A DNA stretch of 64,000 nt from Candidatus Brocadiia bacterium (GCA_046538485.1 JBKHIT010000011.1:1-64000); one strand, 5' to 3'; positions 18,623-29,749 are shown, counted from the first letter of the stretch. A program made the numbers and translations. The notes: generated by a model from the letters alone, not told the origin.

Positions 18623-20344
18623 ATGCGCTGGACGCAAACACTGATACCGACATTAAAAGAGACTCCGTCCGAAGCTGAAGCCGTGAGCCATATTCTGATG
18701 CTTCGGGCTGGCATGATACGCAAGCTTGGCAGTGGAGTCTATTCCTACCTCCCGCTCGGCACACGGTCACTCAACAAAATCACTGCCATTGTCCGTGAAG
18801 AAATGGATAAAGCCGGTGCCGTAGAAGTTCTGATGCCGGCGATGTGGCCCATTGAGATTTTGAAGGAAAGTGGTCGCCTGGAAGTGTTCGGTGATGATGT
18901 CATTCGGTTTACTGACCGGCATGAGCGCGAAGGCGTTCTGGGCCCCACCCACGAGGAGATTGTGACTTCCCTTGTTCGTGATAACATGGGAAGCTACCGA
19001 GATATCCCCAAGACGCTGTATCAGATTCAGACGAAATTCCGGGACGAAGTCCGGCCCCGATTCGGCGTGTTGAGGACCCGTGAATTTATTATGAAAGACG
19101 CCTACAGTTTTGATGCGGATCAAGAGGGGTTGGAAGAGAGCTACCAGTCGATGTACGACGCTTACCGGCGGATTTTTGATCGGTGCGGGGTGGAATATGT
19201 GATTGTGGAGGCAGAGTCGGGCGCGATGGGAGGCTCCCGATCGGAAGAGTTTATGGTTCCCAGTGAAATCGGTGATGATAAGTATGTGGAATGTTCGGGC
19301 TGCGGGTACGCGGCGAATATCGAACGCGCGGATATCGCTATGGCGCCTTCCCCCGAAGCGGAAGCACCCCGTCTGGAAATGGATCGGGTCGATACTCCAG
19401 GTGCCCGCACAATTGAAGAAGTCAGCGAATTCCTCGAAGTTGAACCGCGACAGATGATCAAAACGCTTATCTACCGGGTTGACGAACAGATAATCGCGGC
19501 TTTGGTTCGGGGTGATCATGAAATTAATGAAAACAAACTGGGGCGTGCATTCGATACGGCGAATGTGGAACTCGCTGGTGCTCAGACGATCGAAGAGGTA
19601 ACCGGTGCACCGGTTGGATTCGCCGGTCCAGTGGGATTGGAAGATGTCCAATTGATTGCTGACCAGGGGATTATGCAGATCTCGGATGGAGTGACAGGAG
19701 CCAATGTTGGCGATGCCCATATTACGGGAGTTGTCCCGGGACGCGATTTTGAGCCAGATCAGATCGCAGATATTCGGGTTGCCGACGATGGGGACCTTTG
19801 CCCGAAATGTGGGAAACCTATGGCGCTTTCCCATGGCATAGAGATCGGACATGTCTTTCAATTGGGGACCAAGTACAGCAAGTCGATGGGAGCCACGTTT
19901 CTGGATTCCGACGGAAAAGAACGTGAATATGTAATGGGATGTTACGGGATTGGGATCAACAGGATAGCGGCCGCTTCTATCGAGAATTATGCCGATGAGA
20001 ACGGTATTATCTGGTCACCAGCCATCGCGCCGTATGAAGTCGTTGTGATGCCTCTGGGTTCTGATAACAAAGAAGTGACTGAGGCCGCCGAAAATGCGTA
20101 CGAGTCATTGCTTCGGGATGGGATTGATGTGATTCTCGATGATCGGGATGAGAGTCCCGGTTCGAAGTTCAAGGACGCGGACCTGATCGGATTTCCGATT
20201 AAAATTGTTGTTGGCAAAGGTTATTTGAACACGGGCAAACTGGAAATGCAGGTTCGCAAAACGGGGGAACAAATGGAAGTGCTGCCGGCGGAGCTGGATG
20301 GGAAAGTGGCTGAGATCATTTCTGAACTTCAGCAGCTTCGGTAG
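18623..20344 (+). CDS. proS: Proline--tRNA ligase (bacterial type with editing domain)
   Basis: SHILMLRAGMIRK, LGPTHEE, QIQTKFRDEVRPRFG, GIEIGHVFQLGTKYS, MGCYGIG. Confidence 0.98.
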   Translation: MRWTQTLIPTLKETPSEAEAVSHILMLRAGMIRKLGSGVYSYLPLGTRSLNKITAIVREEMDKAGAVEVLMPAMWPIEILKESGRLEVFGDDVIRFTDRHEREGVLGPTHEEIVTSLVRDNMGSYRDIPKTLYQIQTKFRDEVRPRFGVLRTREFIMKDAYSFDADQEGLEESYQSMYDAYRRIFDRCGVEYVIVEAESGAMGGSRSEEFMVPSEIGDDKYVECSGCGYAANIERADIAMAPSPEAEAPRLEMDRVDTPGARTIEEVSEFLEVEPRQMIKTLIYRVDEQIIAALVRGDHEINENKLGRAFDTANVELAGAQTIEEVTGAPVGFAGPVGLEDVQLIADQGIMQISDGVTGANVGDAHITGVVPGRDFEPDQIADIRVADDGDLCPKCGKPMALSHGIEIGHVFQLGTKYSKSMGATFLDSDGKEREYVMGCYGIGINRIAAASIENYADENGIIWSPAIAPYEVVVMPLGSDNKEVTEAAENAYESLLRDGIDVILDDRDESPGSKFKDADLIGFPIKIVVGKGYLNTGKLEMQVRKTGEQMEVLPAELDGKVAEIISELQQLR

Positions 20345-20371
20345 AATACAGAAGGGGAAGCAGAGAGAAAA

Positions 20372-20956
20372 ATGCTGAGAGCAACCGCTCCCCAGCCCGT
20401 AAAGTTGTTTTGTGCGGTTCTTGCCGGCCAACAAGCCTGGCTGGATGCCAGCCGGGAGGTTATGGAAGACGAATTAGGCGCTATCGAGTTGGACAGTGAT
20501 ATCTGGCCTTTCGACTGCACGGACTATTATAAACGGGAGATGGGTTCGGGGCTTTTGCGTCAGATCTTCAGTTTTCAGGCTCTGATCGATCCGTCCGAAA
20601 TCGCTCCGATAAAATTGCGCACGAATGATTTGGAAATGGAACTGGCCGAAAAGCTGCCGGATACACCGGAGCGCCCGGTTAACCTTGACCCTGGCTACCT
20701 GGGCGCGAGTAAAATGGTGCTGGCCACGACCAAAAACTACACGCACCGGATCTACCTTGCTTCTGGCATTTACGCGGAGGTGACTCTTCGTTGGAGAGAC
20801 GGGCAATTCGAGCCATGGGAATGGACCTATCCGGATTATCAGAGCGAGGCCTACAGAGAATTCTTCGGCCGTGTCCGGAACCGGTATATGGACCAGCTTC
20901 GAGATTACAGAAAAGCTCGTGCCGAGGATGTAGAGTCCGGGATACCTGAGCAATAG
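20372..20956 (+). CDS. DUF4416-family protein
   Basis: TDYYKREMG, RPVNLDPGY, LATTKNYTHRIYL, WTYPDY. Confidence 0.85.
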   Translation: MLRATAPQPVKLFCAVLAGQQAWLDASREVMEDELGAIELDSDIWPFDCTDYYKREMGSGLLRQIFSFQALIDPSEIAPIKLRTNDLEMELAEKLPDTPERPVNLDPGYLGASKMVLATTKNYTHRIYLASGIYAEVTLRWRDGQFEPWEWTYPDYQSEAYREFFGRVRNRYMDQLRDYRKARAEDVESGIPEQ

Positions 20957-20972
20957 ACTGACGGAGGTTTCA

Positions 20973-21449
20973 ATGTCGCAGGAAAGAACTCTTGTTTTTC
21001 TGAAACCCGATGCTATCCAGCGTCGGCTTGTCGGGGAAATACTCTCTCGCTTCGAGCGGAAAGGCTTTTTGCTGCGAGGGTTGAAGATGTTTCAAATGTC
21101 CGAAGAATTTGCACGGGAGCATTATGCTGCTCATAGGGGGAAAGAATTTTACGAACCGCTGGTGCGGTATATTACCTCCGGTCCTGTCATCGCAGCCGTG
21201 CTGGAAGGCAAAGCGGCTGTTCGTGTTGTGCGCGAGATGATGGGTGAGACATTTGGCTCGGAGAGTCCTCCGGGATCGATTCGGGGGGATTTTGCTTTGA
21301 GCAATCGCTATAATCTGATTCACGGGAGCGACAGTCCTGAAAGTGCGAAAGAAGAGATTGAACGGTTCTTTGATCAGGAGGAATTGTGCAACGAACCGGA
21401 TAATGCGTTACGATGGATTTACGATATGACCGAGGAAGAACCTGTCTAA
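20973..21449 (+). CDS. ndk: Nucleoside diphosphate kinase
   Basis: ERTLVFLKPDA, PGSIRGDF, NLIHGSDS. Confidence 0.98.
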   Translation: MSQERTLVFLKPDAIQRRLVGEILSRFERKGFLLRGLKMFQMSEEFAREHYAAHRGKEFYEPLVRYITSGPVIAAVLEGKAAVRVVREMMGETFGSESPPGSIRGDFALSNRYNLIHGSDSPESAKEEIERFFDQEELCNEPDNALRWIYDMTEEEPV

Positions 21450-21468
21450 CATAATTGGGAGGAAAACG

Positions 21469-22398
21469 ATGCAAAAACTCGTACCATTAGGCATAATAAC
21501 GGCCATAATTCTTGGTTTTGCAGTGTTGACAATCGGGACAACCGGGTGCCGATTCAATTCAGATTCGAAGATGCCCGACATGCCTGCGGGGGGAAATCCT
21601 CCTGATATGGCTCTTCCAGAGTTGAAAGAACGGCTTTTTTCCGATCATGCTTCTTTTCAGACGCTCACTGCGGACTGCAAAGCAACAATCGTCTGCCCGT
21701 TACTACGAGGCCGCTTTCAACCTGACCGCCCAATCGATATTACATTGCCGCGAGGCCGAATTGCTATCGCGAAAAAGGACGCAAAGAGGCCGGCAAAGGT
21801 GTACCTCCGGCTGAGTCGAGCCGGCACTAAGTTCGTAGAACTGATCGGCAATGGTTCGGAATACCAGGTGAAATTGCCCGGATTTAAGGATTCCTACGGG
21901 GGCAATTACGGCGATCCCATCGGTGAAACGACGAATCGCATCCACTTTATGCCTGATGATCTGGCAAGTGTCTTCCATCTCGGTTCGCTTTTCTTCGACC
22001 GATCTCTGGTTATGCGGGCTTATCCTCGGCGCGCTGATATCATCGCGGGTTCCGTGGAGAATCCCGTCGCGTATCCCGCCACGTGGAGCATTGATTCTAT
22101 ACAGGTTACGGAGGAGACTCCGATTCAAGCATGGGTTCATAGTTCTCTTCTCGTTGATCGGAACAGCCAGCGAGCTTCGAGATTAGATTTATTCCGGAAA
22201 AATGGCACGCTCAGAACACGAATCTGGTGTCTCAATCCACGGATGTTTCGTATAGGAGATTCTGCCAGTACCTACGTCCCTACATCTCTCGTGATATGGT
22301 ATCCCCCCCCTCTTGAGAAAACCCTGGTTAGGATCTGGTTGTCGAATGTGGAACTTAACCGTGGGGTTCCGAAGGAAGTCTTCGAGCTTGATAGGTGA
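21469..22398 (+). CDS. Hypothetical lipoprotein (possibly LolA/LolB-like beta fold)
   Basis: GGAGG SD; hydrophobic N-terminus with TTGC lipobox; the fold is a guess. Confidence 0.7.
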   Translation: MQKLVPLGIITAIILGFAVLTIGTTGCRFNSDSKMPDMPAGGNPPDMALPELKERLFSDHASFQTLTADCKATIVCPLLRGRFQPDRPIDITLPRGRIAIAKKDAKRPAKVYLRLSRAGTKFVELIGNGSEYQVKLPGFKDSYGGNYGDPIGETTNRIHFMPDDLASVFHLGSLFFDRSLVMRAYPRRADIIAGSVENPVAYPATWSIDSIQVTEETPIQAWVHSSLLVDRNSQRASRLDLFRKNGTLRTRIWCLNPRMFRIGDSASTYVPTSLVIWYPPPLEKTLVRIWLSNVELNRGVPKEVFELDR

Positions 22399-22555
22399 TG
22401 CCCGTTGTGCTGTTTGGCACGGATCATTCTGGAATCTGGCACTCTGTTATGAGGGGTTGCATTTTGAACGGCGGAGTGTGTGGATCACGAGTTAACGTTG
22501 GCCAAGCCGAAGCCACTCTCTCAAAACATCCTGGAAACCGACGGAGGAAATCACC

Positions 22556-23548
22556 ATGAAAGTTGCGGTCACCGGTGGTGCGGGGTATATAGGCAGCCAT
22601 GCGCTTGTTGAACTCCGGCGAGCAGGGCATGAGCCGATTGCCCTTGATAATCTTTCGGAAGGTCATCTCGAAGCGACGGATGGCTGCCATCTGGTTCGTA
22701 TCGATCTTGCGAACGAAGAAGCGGTAAGCAGAACTTTGATTGATAACGAGGCCGATGCAGTTATGCATTTTGCGGCCAGTGCCTACGTGGGTGAATCGGT
22801 TGAAAACCCCGAAAAATACTATTTTAACAATGTTGTTAATACTCTTCGCTTATTGCGAGCGGCTCGGAAAGCCGGCATCAACCGTTTCGTTTTTTCGGGG
22901 TCGTGTACCGTCTATGGAATCCCGTCAAAGGTGCCGATTACGGAAGATTTTCCCCTCAAACCGATCAGCCCGTATGGCCGAACAAAAGCCACAGTCGAGG
23001 GTGTTCTGGAGGATTACTCGGAAGCTTATGGGCTGCGATATGCATCGTTGCGGTATTTTAATGCCGCTGGCGCGATGCCTGATGGTTCATTGGGAGAAGA
23101 TCACGATCCGGAAACACATTTGATCCCTATCGTCATTCAGGCGGCTCTGGGACTGCGCGAAAAAATCACTATTTTTGGTACCGATTATCCAACACGCGAT
23201 GGCACCTGTGTGAGAGATTACGTACATGTGCTGGATCTCGGTACTGCACATGTGTTTGCACTGGAGAAACTGGACGAGGAATTCCCGCTGATCTACAATC
23301 TGGGGACAGGCGATGGCCATACGGTCCGCCAGGTCATAGATACGATTCGCGCGGTGAGTGGACGGGATTTTTCCGTTGTTGAGGGTGAGAGGAGACCCGG
23401 AGATCCACCAGCTCTGGTCAGCTCTCCAGAAAAGGCCCGGACTGAGCTGGGTTGGGAGCCAGAATATGCCGAGCTGGATGAAATCGTGGAAACGGCCTGG
23501 CAATGGCACAGTTCCCATCCCCACGGATACAGCGCAGATTCTGATTAG
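22556..23548 (+). CDS. galE: UDP-glucose 4-epimerase
   Basis: TGGAGYIGSH, YGRTK, LRYFNAAGA, DGTCVRDYVHV. Confidence 0.96.
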   Translation: MKVAVTGGAGYIGSHALVELRRAGHEPIALDNLSEGHLEATDGCHLVRIDLANEEAVSRTLIDNEADAVMHFAASAYVGESVENPEKYYFNNVVNTLRLLRAARKAGINRFVFSGSCTVYGIPSKVPITEDFPLKPISPYGRTKATVEGVLEDYSEAYGLRYASLRYFNAAGAMPDGSLGEDHDPETHLIPIVIQAALGLREKITIFGTDYPTRDGTCVRDYVHVLDLGTAHVFALEKLDEEFPLIYNLGTGDGHTVRQVIDTIRAVSGRDFSVVEGERRPGDPPALVSSPEKARTELGWEPEYAELDEIVETAWQWHSSHPHGYSADSD

Positions 23549-24264
23549 CCCTCTGTCTGCAGTTCGAGGATGTTGTCGTCGGCGCCTATGACCACCAGGA
23601 CATCGCCTTCCTTGATTTCATCTTCAGCTCGCGGAAGATCATTAATGACCGTTTCGATTCGTTCGGGGCCATTGGGTTCTCGGATGGCTTTTCGGCTCTT
23701 GATGGCCACCACATTCACCCCGAATTCTTCGCGGAGGTTCAGTTCCCCGAGTGTTTCACCCACAAATTCGGGTTTTGCTTTAACTTCCGCAAGAGAGTGG
23801 TGCACGGTTATAGGAGCAATCATGTGAGTGCCGGGCATCATGATGCTCTGTGCGACCTGGAGAGCCATTTCTTGTTCGAGGCTGACGATTTTGGTAACCC
23901 CCATTGCCTCGAGAATCTCCGCCTGATTCTGGTCGATGGCCCGGACCCATATCTGCCGGGCGCCCAATCTTCTAACCACAGCGGTTGCAAGGAGACTCGA
24001 CTGGATATTTCGGCCGATGCAAACCACGGCCAGGTCGAGATTTTCGACGTTGGCTTTCTGCATGGCAAATTCATCGGTAACATCAAGGCATATAGCTCGT
24101 GAGACTCTTTCGTCGATTTGTTCCACAGGGTCGGGATTGGCGTCGATGGCGAGGACATCTCCGCCGAGTTCGCTGAGTCTGACAGCGAGGCCGTAACCAA
24201 ATCGGCCGAGGCCGAATACCCCGATCCGCCGCGGCGGTTGTCTGACGTCATTTTGTTTTCCCAT
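23545..24264 (-). CDS. trkA: TrkA/KtrA-family potassium uptake regulatory subunit
   Basis: GLGRFG Rossmann motif (TrkA-N) plus TrkA-C domain. Confidence 0.9.
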   Translation of the reverse strand: MGKQNDVRQPPRRIGVFGLGRFGYGLAVRLSELGGDVLAIDANPDPVEQIDERVSRAICLDVTDEFAMQKANVENLDLAVVCIGRNIQSSLLATAVVRRLGARQIWVRAIDQNQAEILEAMGVTKIVSLEQEMALQVAQSIMMPGTHMIAPITVHHSLAEVKAKPEFVGETLGELNLREEFGVNVVAIKSRKAIREPNGPERIETVINDLPRAEDEIKEGDVLVVIGADDNILELQTEG

Positions 24265-24291
24265 GAAAAGACCTCCCGGTTTGTGTTGCTG

Positions 24292-25092
24292 TCAGCTTCG
24301 CAGGCTTTCCAGGAAACGCCCGTGAGAACCATCCAAAGACCGTTTCAGGAACTCAACGAGATACAGCACTTCCTCCCCGGTCTGGGGTTTCGACTCAATT
24401 TCTTCGAAAACTTCCATCCGATTGAGTTTTTCCAGGCGGTAGATCTTCTTATAAGCATCGTATAATTCGGAGATGGTTGCCTTATTATATCCAGCTCGCT
24501 TGAGCCCAACCTCATTTACGCGTCGAACCTTTGCCGGGTTGCCTTCCGTTATCATGTATGGTGGAACGTCATGTATGATCCGACTGAGGCCGCCCACGAA
24601 TGCCAGACGCCCGACAGTTACGAAGGGATTGACGGCCACTCCGCCCATAAGTTTCGAGCCCGTTTCCAGTTTGCAGTGCCCCCCGATCAGCACGCCGTTG
24701 ACTAATATTACTTCGTCTTCTATTTCACAATCGTGACCGACATGACTCGAAATCATCAGAAAATTGCGATCCCCAATGTTTGTGATGCCCCGGCCTGTGG
24801 TTGTGCCGATGTTGATGGAGGTAAACTCGCGAAATACATTGTCGTCTCCGATCACAAGTTCCGTTGGCTCACCATGATATTTTAGATCTTGCGGCGGCGT
24901 TCCCAGCACCACATAGGGATGGAGAATATTGTTCTCCCCCAATGTCGTATGGCCTTCGATGTGGCATCCATGACCTATCCGACAGCCTTCACCGATGACG
25001 GCATTGGGGCCGACATAAGCGTCGGGCTCGATAACGACGTTATCGCCAATTTGGGCTCCAGACTCGACTGTTGCGGCAGGATGTATATCCAT
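24292..25092 (-). CDS. lpxA: Acyl-ACP--UDP-N-acetylglucosamine O-acyltransferase
   Basis: IHPAA, PQDLKY, HVGHDC and hexapeptide repeats. Confidence 0.96.
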   Translation of the reverse strand: MDIHPAATVESGAQIGDNVVIEPDAYVGPNAVIGEGCRIGHGCHIEGHTTLGENNILHPYVVLGTPPQDLKYHGEPTELVIGDDNVFREFTSINIGTTTGRGITNIGDRNFLMISSHVGHDCEIEDEVILVNGVLIGGHCKLETGSKLMGGVAVNPFVTVGRLAFVGGLSRIIHDVPPYMITEGNPAKVRRVNEVGLKRAGYNKATISELYDAYKKIYRLEKLNRMEVFEEIESKPQTGEEVLYLVEFLKRSLDGSHGRFLESLRS

Positions 25093-25153
25093 TGTTTTTA
25101 TCTCGCTGTATGTCGCTTCAGCAATTTAAGTTCATTTCGGGAAAGTTGAGTTT

Positions 25154-26488
25154 TTACATAATATCCGGTTCAACGAGCATGAATTTCATCTCAGCCTCGC
25201 AGGCTACATCGCCATCAATCAGGCCTCTGGCGTTGACCTGTGCAGTACGGCTCCTGACGCGGACAGCTTCGGCTTCGAGTACCAGCTGATCGCCGGGCTG
25301 GACGGGTTTTCGCAGACGGACTCCATCCATCCCAACCATAAGAGCAAGTTTCCCTGAGTGTTCTAATTTCTGCAGAAGAAGGACTCCGGAAATCTGCGCA
25401 AGAGCCTCAATCTGCAAAACTCCCGGCATGATGGGGTAATCGGGATAGTGCCCCTGGAAAAAATGTTCGTTTATCGAAACATTTTTAATCCCAACGATTT
25501 TGTTTTCTTCCTCGATTCTCAATACCCGGTCAACCAACAGGAAGGGATAGCGATGGGGAAGGATTCTCTGAATCTCCCGGATATCCAGGTACTTTTCAGG
25601 GGCTTCCTGTTCGGCCAGGATATTCCGTATCCGGCCAGCAAAAGTGGTATTAAGTTTATGACCGCTCCGGACAGCGACAATTTTGCCGATGATATCAACG
25701 CCTGACAGGCCAAGGTCACCGAGCAGGTCAAGGAGTTTGTGGCGAGCGAATTCATCGGGAAATCGCAGTTCCGCTTCTTCCCGGCTGAGAGGTTTGCGAA
25801 TGGTGCCGTCTTCAAAAATCACCAGGGCATTTTCGTCTGTTACTCCCCCGCCATACCCCCGTTTTTCAAATTCGTCGTAAGCCTCTTCCTTACTCCATGT
25901 CCGCGCCGGGGCAAGCTGTTCAATGAAAGTATCTGGGGAGATATCCATCGTTACAACCTCGGGGCCCTGAGAGCCGGCATCTAATTCGAGGATGTAACTC
26001 AGTGTGAGAGTTGTCCCATCTTCTTCCTCGTTTTCAGACCCGGGCATGCCCATCACACTGGCGCCTTTTTCGGAGACGGCAACGGGCTCTTTGATTTCGA
26101 AAACTGTTTTTTCGGCGTTTTGTTCTTCAATACCTGCTTTCCTGAGGAGATGGGCAAAATCAAGGGCGCCTCCTCCCGCTTCCGGTAGCTCCTCGCCGTC
26201 TATTTCCACCAGTAAATTGTCAACCCGCATTCCCATACAGGCGCTCAGCAGATGTTCGACACTACGTATCTGGACGTCTCCCTGACGCAGCAAAGAGCAA
26301 TTAAAGCCGTCGGCCAGGTTATCCGTAAGGGCGGGCACAACAGGTGAATCGGGCAGGTCAACCCGCATAAACATAATCCCGGTGTCGGGATCGGCGGGGC
26401 ACAGGCGCAAATGCACCTCTTCTCCTGTGAACAGTCCTTTCCCGCCGAATTCCTGTTCTTCTACGATTGTATTCTGGGATCGTGCCAT
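25154..26488 (-). CDS. lpxC-fabZ: Bifunctional LpxC deacetylase / FabZ dehydratase
   Basis: LpxC motifs VEHLLSA, HKLLDLLGDL and SGH, fused to FabZ LPHRYPFLLVDR...FFQGHYP...MPGVLQIEALAQ. Confidence 0.96.
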   Translation of the reverse strand: MARSQNTIVEEQEFGGKGLFTGEEVHLRLCPADPDTGIMFMRVDLPDSPVVPALTDNLADGFNCSLLRQGDVQIRSVEHLLSACMGMRVDNLLVEIDGEELPEAGGGALDFAHLLRKAGIEEQNAEKTVFEIKEPVAVSEKGASVMGMPGSENEEEDGTTLTLSYILELDAGSQGPEVVTMDISPDTFIEQLAPARTWSKEEAYDEFEKRGYGGGVTDENALVIFEDGTIRKPLSREEAELRFPDEFARHKLLDLLGDLGLSGVDIIGKIVAVRSGHKLNTTFAGRIRNILAEQEAPEKYLDIREIQRILPHRYPFLLVDRVLRIEEENKIVGIKNVSINEHFFQGHYPDYPIMPGVLQIEALAQISGVLLLQKLEHSGKLALMVGMDGVRLRKPVQPGDQLVLEAEAVRVRSRTAQVNARGLIDGDVACEAEMKFMLVEPDIM

Positions 26489-26529
26489 TTCCGATCAGCG
26501 GCCGGAGCCACCACCACAAATAAAAGGCG

Positions 26530-27156
26530 TTATTTTTCCTGAATCTCGCCGGGATAGCGAGCGTTAAGTTCTTTTAGGATATCATGCGTGATATCAAATT
26601 TGTTTTCGGCGAAAAGTACGTCGGCCGTCGCGACGATAACCCCGAGTTCTTTGGGCTGGGATGCTGAAACGCTCAGGTCCTGTTTTTTCAGCACCAAATC
26701 CAGGTCGTGTTCCCGGGCGTGAAGAGTGATTATTTCGTTAATTGTGTTGAACATATCGCTGAGCGATTCCAATCTGTGATTTTGCATTTCCGTCTCGAAT
26801 TTGCTTTTTACTTTTTGATATTCCTCGACAGCAGTTCTTATTTTTGAGCGCTTTTTTGCGGCTCTTTCAGTGCCCTGGGGCAGGTTCTCATAATCGCTGC
26901 GGAGAATGCGAATTTGCGTCTGGTACTTCTTAAGAGTCCGTTTCGCCTTCTGTTCCATTTGTTCGTGTTCATTGAGGAAATCTTTCCAACGCTCGCTTTC
27001 CTTCAATATTCTGTCCAGATCGACAACGGCAATTTTGAGTTTTTGTGTGCCGTCAGAACCGGCCGCATTCTTCTCTCCAGCAACACCGTGGAGGCCGGGG
27101 ATCAGCAGGCTCAACAGGAGAAAACGCCAAAACGTAGCATTGATAAATCGGGGCAT
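26530..27156 (-). CDS. skp: OmpH/Skp periplasmic chaperone
   Basis: Signal peptide, KIAVVDL, coiled coil, DLVL...DIT; lies between bamA and lpxC. Confidence 0.88.
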   Translation of the reverse strand: MPRFINATFWRFLLLSLLIPGLHGVAGEKNAAGSDGTQKLKIAVVDLDRILKESERWKDFLNEHEQMEQKAKRTLKKYQTQIRILRSDYENLPQGTERAAKKRSKIRTAVEEYQKVKSKFETEMQNHRLESLSDMFNTINEIITLHAREHDLDLVLKKQDLSVSASQPKELGVIVATADVLFAENKFDITHDILKELNARYPGEIQEK

Positions 27157-27334
27157 CGTGTCACCTTTTCGTTTTTCGTGGCTAAAGAACCAGAACTCAA
27201 GCGCAAACTATCTTAACTGCCTGGCAAGATATCTACAAGAACAACCGGCAGCCGGTGGTCGGGGGCGCATAGCCCCAGATGTCGCTCGGGGGAGGAGATC
27301 GGCGCTAAAAAATAGTTTGCATGTGCCGAAAACG

Positions 27335-29749
27335 CTAAAACATGTGTGTGGTCCCCAGGGTAAAGTGCACGTTTTCTGTTTCGTCGTATTCTTCTTTCTC
27401 AACGGCTCGCGCGAAGTCGATGGAGACTGGAATTCCTCCCAGCGCACGGATGAACCATCGTAATCCGACACCCGCGCCGACCCTCAATTCGTCCCAGCTG
27501 TTAAACAAATCACTTGCATCTTCCTCTACGTACCCGGCATCGACAAAGGCAGCAAGGCGTATATCATTTTTGTATACAGGGATGCTGTATTCAACACTGC
27601 CCACAAGCAACGATTCTCCACCGATCTGCTCGTTTTTAATGGGGTCGACGGGAGAGACACCGTGCCGTTCGAATCCCCTTATTGAAGACAAGCCACCCGC
27701 GTAAAACCGCTCGAAAACTGGTATGCGTTCGTCGTTGTAGGAATACAAATATCCCGCGCGGGCTCGCATTTTTAGAATGTGTTTTGATTCATTTGGGTAG
27801 GAATAAATCGTCCAATATTTTTTGAAGTTTCCTTGCAGCTTGATCGTTTCTATATCAGAGAAGCCAACCTCAGCGCTGAGGCTTGCCAGATAGCCCCCAT
27901 AGGGAATTCTTCCGCCTTCTCGCTTGTTTTGGCCCAAGCTCAGCCCAAAGTAAGGTTTATCGTAGGTGCCTTCATCGATCTTGACTTCAGGCGGAGCATC
28001 ATCATCGATATCGTGCATATCGAAATGCTCATATCCTATTCTGGCTGTGACGCTAATATTATTACCGAAATTCTTGCCTGCGCTGATTTGGCCACCGGTC
28101 GTGTCGAGAGCGAAATTTCCCCAGTTCGCAACGCGCGCAAATGCATTGGTTCCGAACCTGTAATTTGAATCGAATATGTGGGGATCACTGAAAAGGATAT
28201 TGAACGTGGTAAGATCACTGCTGGCGCGCAAGCTCAACTCAAATTTCTGTCCTGCTCCTCGGAAGGCATTTCCCTCCCAAAAATCATGCCAACTCGTGGG
28301 GAAATTGCCGATATCGAAATTGCTTTCTTTAAGCGACAAATGGGCCATGGCCCCGATTTCGGAGCCGTATCCCCCACCTACTGAAAGCGACCCGGTTCGA
28401 CCTTCTTTGACTTGTATCACAGCGTCTCTCAACGCTCCCTTCTCCGGGCGCAGTTTGATATCCACTGGATCCACAGCGGTATGGTCAAAATAGCCCGTAG
28501 CTTCGAGTCTTTCTTCGCTTCGTTTTAACTGTGTCGTATCGACCCTATCTCCCGGAAGAAACGTGAGCCGCCGCAAAACCACGACCTCTCTGGTTTTAGT
28601 CAGCCCTTCCACGCAGATTCTGCGAATATGAATCGCGTCTCCCTCGACCAGGGGAAATACAATCTTAACCTCTCCGCGTGTTTCTTCCGGGAATATCAAT
28701 CTGGCTTCGATTCTTCCGCTGCCGCGGGTTCGGGCGTCAACATAGCCCTGGCTTCCGTACATCTCGCCGATTATTTTTTCGGCCCTTTCCAGCTTTTTCG
28801 GCCGGAATGGGTCACCCTCAGCAATCGGAATGGCGTCCGCCAGTTCCTCATCGCGAAAAATTGTATTTCCCTGGAAAATAATCCTGTCGATGTGATACTG
28901 CTTCCCTTCGTTAACCACGATATTCAATGCCAGACCATTGAAGTTTTCGGTGTGCTCCCAATAGCCTGCCACATTGGCATCGAGGTACCCGAGGCTATAA
29001 TATTTGTCTTTAATACGGCTGAAATCTTTCCGGAAAACGCTTCGTTTAAAAACACCGGGTCTCAGAAACGGCAGCCAGTATCTTTTTTTGGTTTCCATCA
29101 CGTGGCGAATTTTCTTGTCGCTCAGGACTTTATTGCCCCGGCTCTCAATTCGTCTTACCCTTACTTTAGGGCCCTCGTAGATATGGAAAACCAGCCGGCA
29201 CTCGGGCGATTCACCGAATGAAGCTTTTGCTCTGGCTGAGGCCATAGTGCGCCCCGCAGCATTATAAGCCTCTACTATTGTCTTTTGGTCACGAATTATG
29301 TCCCGGGGTGTTACTGTATCTCCCGATTTCAGCTGCAGGATATCCTTTAAACGCCGAGAACTAACGCATCGGTTGCCTTGAAATTCAATCGAAGCTATTT
29401 TTATTTTTTCCCGAATTTCAACATGCAATTCCACCCCTTCTCCCTCGATGCGCTCGGTTTTCAGCCCCACTGTGCCAAAACCGCCCCATTTGTTGAGTTT
29501 TTTGACTTTTCGCTGAAGGGAATCGGTGGAGAACGTTTCACCTTCCTGGACCTCAAGCCTTTCAAGCACAGCGCTTCGTTTTACGGCGTAGTTCCCAACG
29601 ATACGGATCTCTTTGACGGTTAATTTTTCGTTTCTGCTTTTTTCCGCTGCCCGGATTGACGAGAAGAGACAGATAAGGCTCAAAAAGAAGGTTAGGATAC
29701 GACACGAGACACAAAAAGAGGTGTGGCGCGAGCATAGCTTTTGCATCAT
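27335..29749 (-). CDS. bamA: Outer membrane protein assembly factor
   Basis: POTRA repeats (GN motifs), FYAGGLSSIRGF, C-terminal Phe; start taken just downstream of the dnaB stop. Confidence 0.95.
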   Translation of the reverse strand: MMQKLCSRHTSFCVSCRILTFFLSLICLFSSIRAAEKSRNEKLTVKEIRIVGNYAVKRSAVLERLEVQEGETFSTDSLQRKVKKLNKWGGFGTVGLKTERIEGEGVELHVEIREKIKIASIEFQGNRCVSSRRLKDILQLKSGDTVTPRDIIRDQKTIVEAYNAAGRTMASARAKASFGESPECRLVFHIYEGPKVRVRRIESRGNKVLSDKKIRHVMETKKRYWLPFLRPGVFKRSVFRKDFSRIKDKYYSLGYLDANVAGYWEHTENFNGLALNIVVNEGKQYHIDRIIFQGNTIFRDEELADAIPIAEGDPFRPKKLERAEKIIGEMYGSQGYVDARTRGSGRIEARLIFPEETRGEVKIVFPLVEGDAIHIRRICVEGLTKTREVVVLRRLTFLPGDRVDTTQLKRSEERLEATGYFDHTAVDPVDIKLRPEKGALRDAVIQVKEGRTGSLSVGGGYGSEIGAMAHLSLKESNFDIGNFPTSWHDFWEGNAFRGAGQKFELSLRASSDLTTFNILFSDPHIFDSNYRFGTNAFARVANWGNFALDTTGGQISAGKNFGNNISVTARIGYEHFDMHDIDDDAPPEVKIDEGTYDKPYFGLSLGQNKREGGRIPYGGYLASLSAEVGFSDIETIKLQGNFKKYWTIYSYPNESKHILKMRARAGYLYSYNDERIPVFERFYAGGLSSIRGFERHGVSPVDPIKNEQIGGESLLVGSVEYSIPVYKNDIRLAAFVDAGYVEEDASDLFNSWDELRVGAGVGLRWFIRALGGIPVSIDFARAVEKEEYDETENVHFTLGTTHMF

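Noticed and set aside
27203..27320. Inverted repeat GCAAACTAT/ATAGTTTGC between bamA and skp as an ncRNA
   Set aside because: Only 9-bp arms around weak hairpins; adequately explained by a terminator/promoter region (TTGTAG-17-TAAGAT on the minus strand).
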